From positions 186,001 to 250,000 of the forward strand of contig JAAOMT010000703.1 in NCBI GenBank assembly GCA_016748015.1: 64,000 bases of DNA, read 5' to 3'. The notes beneath the pieces are model-generated. The model was not told where the DNA came from and did not search any database. It worked only from the letters and a program-made list of their open reading frames with translations. The stretch is from Geosiphon pyriformis uo1. Its lineage: Eukaryota > Fungi > Glomeromycota. The position numbers and the translations under genes are program-made. Of this stretch, positions 1-9,916 are shown one piece after another. The number at the start of each line of letters is the position of its first letter. The first letter of the stretch is position 1.

Positions 1-620
1 TCTAATTATGGAATATTATTGGTGGATGGTGATACTATATAGTAATATGGTTTCAGTCAATTATTATGTACTGCTTTGGCTAAAATTTTGTTGTTTTATC
101 TTAATTTATAAGCTCTATTTCCTAGAATTTTTTCTATGTAAAATGATCTATCCTATTTAGGGTCAAATTTTTCACTCCATTGTTTTTCCGCTTTGGTATG
201 ATATAAAAATACTTTGTCTCCAATCTTGAATTCAACTGGTTTATCTGATAGTTGGTTATTATGTCTTTTTTTTTGTTTTTTTATGACTTTTGGATGTTAT
301 CAGCTGCTTTTTGCCATTTGTTTTCTAGTGTCTTTATTAAGTTATATGTTCTTTTTAATAATGTTTTTTGAAAATTTTTTTTTGTTATTGGTTCTGTTGG
401 ATATGTTTTAACTTCTATCTTAACTGGTAATATTGCTGTTCTATTGTATACTAACTCAAATAGTGTTGCTTGTGTAGTATTTTGCTTTATTGTCCAATAA
501 GCAAATAATACTGATAGTATAATCAAATTTTATTCATTCTAGTTTTCTTGGCTAATCTTGGCAATTGCTTCATACAATGTTCTGTTAAACTTTTTAACTA
601 ACCCATTTGTTTGTGGATGG
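1..620 (-). pseudogene. Element D (A-family Ty3/Gypsy): integrase C-terminal half; continues from 10788 after the insertion of A
   Basis: ORF 281..526 LFAYWTIKQNTTQATLFELVY aligns with the integrase of A. Joining 620 to 10788 across the TSD restores SYHPQTNG. Confidence 0.9.
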
Positions 621-1446
621 TATTACTCATAGAAATATAGGGAATATATATTAGCATAGTTATTAACCAATTAGAAGTAGACATAGTAAAATGTGGAATT
701 CCAGAATTTCAGAAATTACAGGATTCCAAAATTCCAGGATTCCTCTCAAAGAAATTGCAGGATTCAAGGAATCCCAGGATTCCTGTTGTGAAGAATTGAG
801 GAATTAAGAAATCTCAATTATGTATATATAGCAGTAGGATTAGAAGTTAAAAAAGACAGACTTCTCAGTTTAGATTTTATCTAGACAACTTTTCAAACCA
901 CAAATAAATAACTGTTTGTTATCTTAAATCTGCTGCCACTATTAACACTTTATGTTAATAGTAATTGATACTTAACCACACTAGAACAATAGCTCTTGAT
1001 CACAGCTATTGATGGAATACTAACTTGTAAATCGCCTTGGCTTATTTTTTTTCTTTCTTTATTTTTTTTTTCTTTATTTTTTGCTTTGATTTTATTGTTG
1101 TTTACTAACTCTATTGAGAATTAACGCGCAGAGTACTGACGTCAGGATAAACGTGACTGGTAAAAAACCCAGAAATAAGGGTAGAACACTCGATTGAGGA
1201 TAGCTTACTAGGAGGAATACTGGCCATTAAGCTGAAAAAGAAATTGACAAAACTGCAGTTTTGGAAAGCTACAGATAAAACTATTATTATTGAATCTCTG
1301 TCTATTATACAAAGAACTCAACCAAACCCTTTGGATACAAACCCTTTAGACACAAACCTTCAGATCACTATCAACTATAACTAGATTTGAGCACCAAGTT
1401 ACAGGTTTGTTATTTAATCTAACACCAAAAATAGTCATCTGTAACA
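621..1446 (+). repeat. Element A 5' LTR
   Basis: TATTAC...GTAACA; direct repeat of 9917-10787; followed by TT and the PBS. Confidence 0.95.
667..830 (+). promoter_or_regulatory. Putative U3 promoter: CCAAT box, GGAATTCC/GGATTCC repeats, TATATATA box
   Basis: CCAAT at 667-671, repeat block at ~693-790, TATATATA at 823-830. CCAAT-like and TATA-like motifs recur at similar offsets in other A-family LTRs. Confidence 0.55.
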
Positions 1447-1447
1447 T

Positions 1448-3300
1448 TTGGTGCTCTCTGTAAGGTATAATCCTACAGAAAACCAGCACCAACAATTAAT
1501 CAACAGTCGCAGAATCAGAAAGTATAGGAGCAAACTATTTAGGATTTGCGAAATCCTTATTTCAATACTACTGTCAACATTTGGGATTAAATCACAAGCA
1601 CATATCAGTGGAATCAGCTTTCAATTTCTATGTTAACAAAAGAATTGCCCATCTGTTAGGAACACTAGTAAATATTGAATCGGCAAGAGAAGCCTTTTAC
1701 TGTGAATTAATTCAAAATACCAACCTGCCAACAAATCACAATTTTGCCTCCATCATCATGGAAATCAACAAAAAAATTGAACACCACATACAGCAAAAAT
1801 ACTCCATTACTTATGCAAGCAAAGGCAAAGAAAAACTGCAAACACCAGCAGTAATACCCAAAAGAATACAACCACCTACTTGGAAGAAAACAAAAGTTGA
1901 GTCCCCAACTAATCCATCATACCACTATACACCCAGAAGTGCCATTAATATTACATCTACTGGTGCGGCCACATCAAACACGATATCAGCATTTGGACAA
2001 TTTCCATTCCAAAGTAAACAAAAAAAAACAGAGTTATTAAAACCATACAGCGCATATTTTAAAGGATTTAACTTGCAATCATTAATGCCATCAGGACTCC
2101 GATCGTCACCACCTCTCCCAAATTTCAGAATTTCTGATTTATGGAAAGTAATGGAATCAGAAGAAGAGGAAGAAGAAGAAGCTGAAGATCAAGAATTCAT
2201 TTACCAGAACTTGATCACTAAAAACCCAGAAATTGAAACCCCGAATTTTCAAATCCAGCAAAACCTAAATCTAGAAAATCTGGAAATCAAAACTCTGAAT
2301 ATTCAGACACCACCAACTTAGGATAATTGAAATCCCGATTTAATAAATCAACAAAACTTACCTCCAGTATTCATCATCGATCAACCACTGATTAATCTCA
2401 TAGCCAAACTTATATAGCAGCCACTTCAACTACCATCCCAACAACTCATGCAACAACAACTGCTTTAACAGCCACCACAACAACCCAACTTATATCCAAT
2501 GGCCTATGCATCAATCACAAAACTTGACAATTTCATTGGCAAGAAGGACAACACTTAGGTATGACTGAATAACGTGGAAAAAGCCATTACAATCAATAGA
2601 TAAAATGATGCCCAAACAATACAAGCCATTTCCTACTTTTTCAAGAATACCACTGATTTGTGGTTTTAAAGCTTAATTAATAAACCACAAGACTTTAATG
2701 CCTTCAAAGTGGAATTTTAAGATACTTTAGCAACAATAACAGTATCAACCAGTTAGCCAATACATTCAGCACTATGAAGCAAGGAAAAACAGAAGCAGTC
2801 ACTACTTACTTGGGATGCTTTTATCAAAATCTGCACCAAATCCAAGCAATTGATGCCAACTATTTTACAGCACCACAAATTTTCAACCAATTTATCTGTG
2901 GTCTGTATAGCAGCATCTTGCAACATGTACGTTCATCACATCCAGGCACCCTTTAAGATGCAGTCACATGTGCCAGAGATTTCAAATCTGCTGAGTCCGA
3001 AGCCAATCATGCCCAAGCTGTTAATCTAGTAATGAATGGATTATCTGACTTGCATCCCAAACTAAAACAATTCAGTAATACAATCAATTAGAAAATAGAG
3101 GGATACTTAGTGGACAATTGTGCAATCTATCAACCACCCCAACAATGCAATAATTTAGGAAATGCAAATTGTTTCCCAAATCAATCACATCTATCATCTT
3201 TTACCAATCAGCCATGGCAGCCAGAAATGTGTGTTTGCCACAACTGTGATAAACAAGGTCACATTAGAGTCAACTGTCGATTTTATAGCAACAATCCATA
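1448..3300 (+). pseudogene. gag: A: gag (N-terminal extension, capsid-like domain, CCHC zinc knuckle)
   Basis: KQGKTEAVTTYL...QFICGL retrotransposon-gag motif; CHNCDKQGHIRVNC knuckle in ORF 3110..3301; interrupted by stops. Confidence 0.85.
1449..1465 (+). other. Primer-binding site TGGTGCTCTCTGTAAGG (family consensus TGGTGCTCYCTGTGAGG; resembles the complement of an elongator tRNA-Met 3' end)
   Basis: Begins with TGG 2 nt after the LTR. Homologues at 26504-26520(-), 34203-34219(-), 36468-36484, 47432-47448(-) and 60286-60302. The tRNA identity is an inference. Confidence 0.8.
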
Positions 3301-3784
3301 ATCGGGAAATCAATATCAAAACTCTGATCACAGATTTCAGACTCAGAATCATTACCCAAATCAAGACCAATATCAAACCACTTACCTGCCAATGACGCAG
3401 CAACCAATCTATCAACCACCAGTATATCAACCTCCAATTTATCAACTACAGCCACTGGTAATTTATCAGCTGCAGTCCCAAATAATTTATCAGCCCCAAC
3501 AACTAATTCAAACACCACTCCAAAACCCCATTCAAATGACATCAGGAAACCAAAGACCTAGAATCACTCAAAACTGGAGATCGGCGATAGTTGTTTATCA
3601 ACTGATTCCCAGCTCCTTTTACCAATCATCAGGCTTTCAACAGTAAAATGCAGATACTGGTTCCACCCAAAACCCGAATTCTTAGAACTATTTAAGTCTC
3701 CTGGTTACCTCAGAAGATGCCACCACCAACAACTCGGAATTCAACCCACCCCAAACAACACTCACCAACAATATTCCACCAACA

Positions 3785-4234
3785 ATGATCACTGAAAACA
3801 AATCTCTCGCAGCCATCTTTTTTTTTAAATTGGAAGAAACCATCAACCCATCTTTGTTCAATGGAACAGTACTTGAGAAGAAATCTATCACTGCAATGTA
3901 CACTGATACGAAAGTTGATGGTCACTTCATCAAACTGATTCTAGATAGTGGATCAGCTGGTAGTATTATCACAAGACAACTCATGGATCAATTAGGTCGC
4001 CGAGTTGATTGCACTGTCAGCACCAGGATTATTACAGCCAATGAAGTGACCAAAACACCCATTGGAAAGATTGATAATTTCTCCATAGAAGTCAATGGCA
4101 TCATAGTACCAATCAAAGTACTCATCATGAAAGCCACTCAATACCAAGCACTCATTGGGAACGATTGGCTGTCTAAAACCAACACGATACTAGATTGGAA
4201 CACCCAAGAGCTTCAGCTTAGCCAAAATAGTTGA
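3785..4234 (+). pseudogene. A: aspartic protease (retropepsin)
   Basis: LILDSGSAGS active site and ALIGNDWL motif. Confidence 0.92.
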
Positions 4235-4639
4235 CACACACGAGTACCAGCCATGTGTGGCCACTTCAAGCCCATTATCATGCCATCAACACCACTTATT
4301 AAATTCAAGAAAGAAAAAGCGAAATCCACTTAGGAAGCATACTAAGTCTTGTGGGCCAATGTCAACCACAACAAACTGCTGCCAATACTCATCTGGAACA
4401 ACAATGACAATGGAAAGGAGAAACAAAGAGAAAAACCTATCTGGGAAGCCACCATCGACACTTGGACTGACAACAACCAAAGTAAGATGCCACCAATTCT
4501 AGATTGGAAAAAAAAGAACAAGGAAAAAGAGAAAGGAAGAGAAGAAAACATACCTGAAGAAACCACCACTGCAGAAGAAATAACTAGTGGCTGGGAAAGA
4601 GAATACTCATGTGAACCAATAAAAGAGCCACCATATATA

Positions 4640-5280
4640 CCTCTTAAATGCAAGGACTATGGAAAGAAACTGTCCTTAATGGAAGCTTGGATAGTGCCAG
4701 ATGAAGATTACAGGACACGAACCCATTACTCTTGCAAGTCCTGCCATAGAAAACAATATGACTACCCAAAAAAACAAGACAAATAGGACAATGAACCATG
4801 TCTCACTTGCAGTAAACAATTACTTAATAAAAGAATATGAAACAACATTCCTAGTCAAAAAAAAATGTACAACACTTCGTGCCAATACATGATTCTTATC
4901 AATGACTGGGTGAGTCGTGATATGCCCATTACAGCAGTATGGCACCAAGCTATATCCTGCCTAGATGGCTATCCACATGACAAGGATGAGATCTGGCAAA
5001 TGGCCAATGCCAATATAGAAGGTGCTTCACCCAGTGAAATTCTGGAAATCAAAAATAACCCTCCAGAACCAACAGATATTGTTTTTGTTCTCAACCTGGA
5101 CACCTTTATCAACTTAGAAAACAGCCCAGAAGAATTCCATAAACACTATCAGAATTTAGCACCTACTCGAGAAAAACAAGAACAATGGTTGGAAGAAATA
5201 AACACTTAACTATGTGACCACTGTTTGATTCCATGTAACTTCCAATATTGTAATAAGTGTGATCTCATTTACAATCCGCC
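4640..5280 (+). pseudogene. A: Cys-rich putative zinc-binding region between protease and dUTPase
   Basis: Several CxxC pairs (CKSC, CLTC, CDHC, CNKC) in the same frame as PR and RT; homologous to B 22115-22720. Confidence 0.65.
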
Positions 5281-5548
5281 ACCACGCATGATCTACACGA
5301 TCCAAGAAGAAGAGGAACCAATCAGCAGCTGTGCATCAGAATTGGAATCAATTTTTAATCCCGATTCAAACTCTGACAATGATGACAATGAAAACACCAG
5401 TTTCAGCTCTGTCTAATATGGCGAAAACAATAACAATGATTCCAACTCAGATTTAAACTCCAATTCAAACTATGAACAATATATTGCACTTCCTGACTTC
5501 ACCAAGGAACAGAAACTTAAATGGTTTAGCAATAATAATGAAAGTATT

Positions 5549-5941
5549 ATGCCAGAACAAGCGCATGATACTGATGCCAGGTTTGATCTGAATTATCTAA
5601 GAAAAGATGTCATCAAATTGGAACCATATTCACACACCTGCATTGATTTGAAAATAGCACTGGAAATTCCAGTAACGACAATGGTTCAATTAGCATTTAA
5701 GAGTAGTCTAATGAAAAGAGAGATAAATATAAGAGGAGAAATAATTGACATGGGATATGTAGAAAATATCATCACCATGTTACAAAATAACTCAGAAAAA
5801 ACATATATTATAGAGCCAAACAAAAAGATAGCACAGGCAATATTCCTGCCTCTGATTAAAGTAGCTCAATTAGTATTAGTGGGAAACAGAGAAGAACTAG
5901 GGATAACAGCAAGAAGGATACAGGGATTCGGATCCACAGGT
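5549..5941 (+). pseudogene. dut: A: dUTPase domain within the polyprotein
   Basis: All five trimeric dUTPase motifs in order: (A)RFDL, KSSL, IIDMGYVENI, KIAQ, RRIQGFGSTG. Confidence 0.92.
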
Positions 5942-6499
5942 AGAATAGATGTACCAGTTAATATGGTGGAAGAAAAAATTATTGGCCAAGGAGAAATTAT
6001 CTCAACCAGTCAAACAATTTCCATTTCACCATATAACCAATACATGTTAGCAATAGAAAGAAGAGAGAAGAAGCAAGAACAGATTTTTGAAGCAGAAGCA
6101 ATCCTTTGTGAATTAGAAGAAATTGGACTTATCAATCTACACATACCAGCCAAGAGCCATAATCATATCAAAATTCCTATCTACAACAACACTGGAAATG
6201 TTGTAGAAATACCAAAAGAAACCACTCTTGGATATTTAACCACGGAAATTGAAGATCAAGCACCAAGCAGCATTCCAGATTTTTCACAGCTTTGTGGATA
6301 TGTGGACATTACATTACAAACTATCTATGGACAAAACAAATGTTATCTGTTACAGCCAGAACAATTAGAACAGATAAACATGGGAAATCTAAACCCACTT
6401 CAACAGATACAACTAAAGATATTACTCAATAATTTCAATGACATCTTTGCCAGTGAAAACAAATTTGGCAGAACTGATATTATTCAGCATCAAATTAAG

Positions 6500-7775
6500 A
6501 CTGGAGATGCAATGCCAATCAAACAGTGAGCATATAGAGTACCACCAGCCAGCCATGAAATCATTTGTCAAGAGATCAACTGAATGCTTGACAATGGGTT
6601 AATTCAATCATCAATGAGCCTATGGTTGTTACCAGTAGTACTTATTCATAAGAAGAATGGAAAAATCCAATTTTGTGTAGACTACAAAAAACTCAATGGT
6701 GTAATTTGTGGAGACAACTATCCAACTCCACAGATACAAGAACTATTCGATACTTTCAGTGAAAACAAATGGTTCTCAACATTAGACTTAGATAGTGGTT
6801 ACTGGCAAGTAGCCATGGATCCAGCCGACAAAGAAAAAATGTTGTTCACCACAAGAGAGGGAAACTTTGAGTTTGAAGTTATGCCATTCGGCTTAACCAA
6901 TACTCCAGCTATATTTCAATGGTTAATAGAAATTATGTACACCAGCTTATTATGGAAATCAGTAGTTGTATACTTGGATAACACCAATGTGTTCTCAAAA
7001 ACATTCAATGATCATCTACATTATTTTCAACAAGTGTTCGAAAAACTACAATGAACAGGATTAAAATTGAATACAACAAAGTGTTTTTTCAGCAAAACAG
7101 AACTAAAATTTTTGAGACACATAGTTAGCAAAGACAGCATAAAAACAGATCCAGAGAAAATAGAGATAGTAAAAAACTTTCCAATACCAACCAATATAAC
7201 CAAGCTGAAATCATTCTTGGAATTTGCAAGCTATTATAGATGCTTCATAAAGAACTTTTTAAAGATAGCACAACTATTCAATGATCTTCAAACCAAAAAT
7301 GCAAAGTATGAATGGACTGAAACCCAGCAAGAAGCATTTGACATCTTAAGAAGAAAGCTTATTCAAGCTCCAGTATTGATCTATCCAGATCATAGTAAAC
7401 CATTTATTATTACCACTGATGCATTAGGTCAAGCATTGAGAGCAGTACTATCTCAGGGAAGATTGGATGGAAGAGAACATCCAGTTGCCATATGCCAGCC
7501 GAGGTTTGACTCCAGCCGAAAAGAACTATGGAACACCAGAATTAGAATATCTAGCAATCTATTAGACAGTTATGAAATGGAAAGAATACTTGAGCCAAAA
7601 GTTTGAGATGTACACAGATCACAAAAGATTGACATCACTCCAAAAACAAGAATTTGGAAACAGAAGACAGTCAAGATAAAAAATGACACTTGTGCCATAT
7701 ATTTATACTATACATTATAAAAAGGGAAAAGACAATGGAAATGCTAACAGTTTGTTGTGAATAAGACAAATCTAA
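6500..7775 (+). pseudogene. A: reverse transcriptase and RNase H
   Basis: FCVDYKKLN, LDLDSGYWQ, MPFGLTN, YLD(N)T, TTDA and YTDH motifs. Ends at TAA 7773-7775. A 1-nt insertion lies near 7489. Confidence 0.94.
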
Positions 7776-7836
7776 GAACATTTCAACCCAAAAATATAAC
7801 AAAACCAAAACAATACTCACAAAAATATAACAAAAG

Positions 7837-9174
7837 ATGAACACACAAAAATATCAACAACTTCAACATTATATAGATACTCAACAGTTCAAGGAGAAAT
7901 TATCTCAACTGGAACAAAAGAGGATCAAACAACAATCCAAATATTTTATCACTCACCAAAATATACTCTATCGGAAAAATAGAAAAGATTCAGATCAACC
8001 AACCAGAGTAATTACAGAACCAGAAAAGGAGACAATACTGTTTAACATGTACTCAGATTCAACTACAGAATATTTTCATAAAGAAGCAACCATAGAAAGA
8101 ACCAGAAAGAGATACTATTGGCCATCAATGTATTCAAACATCATCCAATATGTGCAAAATTGTGATGCTTGTCAAAGAAGAGGAGGAACAAGACCCAGTG
8201 AACCATTAAGACCAATCAAAGTAGGACAATCATTTGACCATATTGGAATCAATTTAGTCAGACCATTGACAATTACCAGCAGAGGCAACAAATATATTGC
8301 AGTAGTCATGGACTATTTTACTAAATGGCCAGAAGCCAAAGCAATTCAAAGAGCGGATGCAGAATCCATTACCAAATTCATCTATCAAGATCTGATTTGT
8401 CAACATGGATGTCCAAAAGAACTATTATCAGACCAAGAAACCCATTTTGTGAATAGAACATTAGCAGAACTAAGCCAAAAATTCGAAATTAAGAGACCAC
8501 TATTATTATCATACCATTTACAAACCAATAGATTAGTTAAAAGATTTAATAGAACATTGTATGAAGCAATAGCAAAACTCAGCCAAGAAAACCAGGACGA
8601 ATGGGATTTGTTCATACCATTAGTATTATTTGCTTATCGGACAATGAAGCAAGACACCACACAAGCAACACTATTTGAATTGATATATGATAGAACAGCA
8701 ACATTACCAGTTAAGATAGAGGTTAACACATATTCAACTGAACCAATAACAGAAGAGAATTTTCAAGAAACATTGTTAAAAAGAACATATGACTTAATAG
8801 AAACATTGGAAAACAAACGAAGAAGAGCAGCTGATAATATACAAAAGTCACAAGAGAAACAGAAAGAAAGACATGATAATTAACTACCAGACAAACCAGT
8901 TGAATTCAAGATTGGAGACAAAGTACTCTTACATTGTACCAAAGCGGAAAAACAATGGAATGGAAAATTTGACCCCAAATGGGATGGATTATTTCACATA
9001 GAAAAAATTTTAGGGAATGGAGCTTACAAATTAAGACTGGATAACAAAATCTTAACCAAAGCAGCACATGAAGATCAACTAAAACTATACCACAACATTA
9101 TACTACCATCCACCAGTAATATTCCACAATTAGGAGTACAGAAGATACTAGTCCAATTAGAGGAGATTTCATGA
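7837..9174 (+). pseudogene. A: integrase as a separate ORF with its own ATG; GPY/F-type C-terminus
   Basis: RYYWP..CDACQ zinc-binding remnant; degenerate DDE core (MDYFTKWP, LLSDQ, HLQTN..RFNRTL); KIGDKVLL..KWDG.F..GAYKL. Confidence 0.93.
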
Positions 9175-9273
9175 GATCTGGAACTAATCATCATCATTGA
9201 CAACAACACATTAAATTAATCCATCAAAAGAATATATAAAGACATGGTAGATGCGACTAGAAATATCAGAAAA

Positions 9274-9903
9274 ATGGAAATTACAGACAATATTCATTTA
9301 CTAGCACAACAACTTTTTCAATTGATTTAATACTAAGAGATAGAAATTACAATTAATCAACAAACCATCTGATATCAAGACACTAAAAAGACATCACCAC
9401 ATAGAACACAGAAGAAAACAAAAAATACCATTGACAAAATCATTGTGAAAGTAAAATTAGCAATAAAAGGGTTGACAAAAGAGTCACTATACCAAGAGTT
9501 GACTAAAAAAACTTGGAATTGGTGGATACAACAATTTTCAAGAAACTATTGTTATTTTTACTTGGGACAACACGTGAATATCCAGAATCTATATACAGAT
9601 AAAACAAAGTGATTATTCGACACAAAAATACTACAACAATTAGAACATTTTGTAAGAAAAAACAACTTATCCACACAGGCTCGAGCCATATACCGAATAC
9701 ACACAGCATTTCAGAATTGACCAGAAATCTTACTCAACAAAGCAATGGATACAGTTACCAATAATCAATTAGGAAAGATCACCAATGCTTAATTTGAAAA
9801 ATTACAGACTCAAATAACACAAATAATTCTCAAAAATAAAATTCAGAAAATATTTCAAGAAGGGGAATTAACAGAGTTAGATTTTGACAGAGCTCAATAT
9901 TAA
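9274..9903 (+). pseudogene. A: additional 3' ORF (ORF3), ~210 aa, unknown function
   Basis: One frame MEITDNIH...ELDFDRAQY*. All 6 internal stops are TAA or TGA, explainable by C>T or G>A. Homologous frames occur in E, H and B. Confidence 0.75.
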
Positions 9904-9916
9904 AAGAAGGGAATAA
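9902..9916 (+). other. A: polypurine tract
   Basis: AAAAGAAGGGAATAA immediately 5' of the 3' LTR. Confidence 0.85.

Noticed and set aside
5549-6529. Stand-alone host or horizontally acquired dut gene
   Set aside because: It is in frame with PR and RT and at the same position in four elements, so it is part of the polyprotein.
7480-7500. Programmed frameshift in RNase H of A
   Set aside because: A single extra C that is absent from D, E and H; a copy-specific mutation.
9274-9903. ORF3 as an envelope gene or chromodomain
   Set aside because: No signal peptide, TM helix or furin site, and no recognisable chromodomain pattern.
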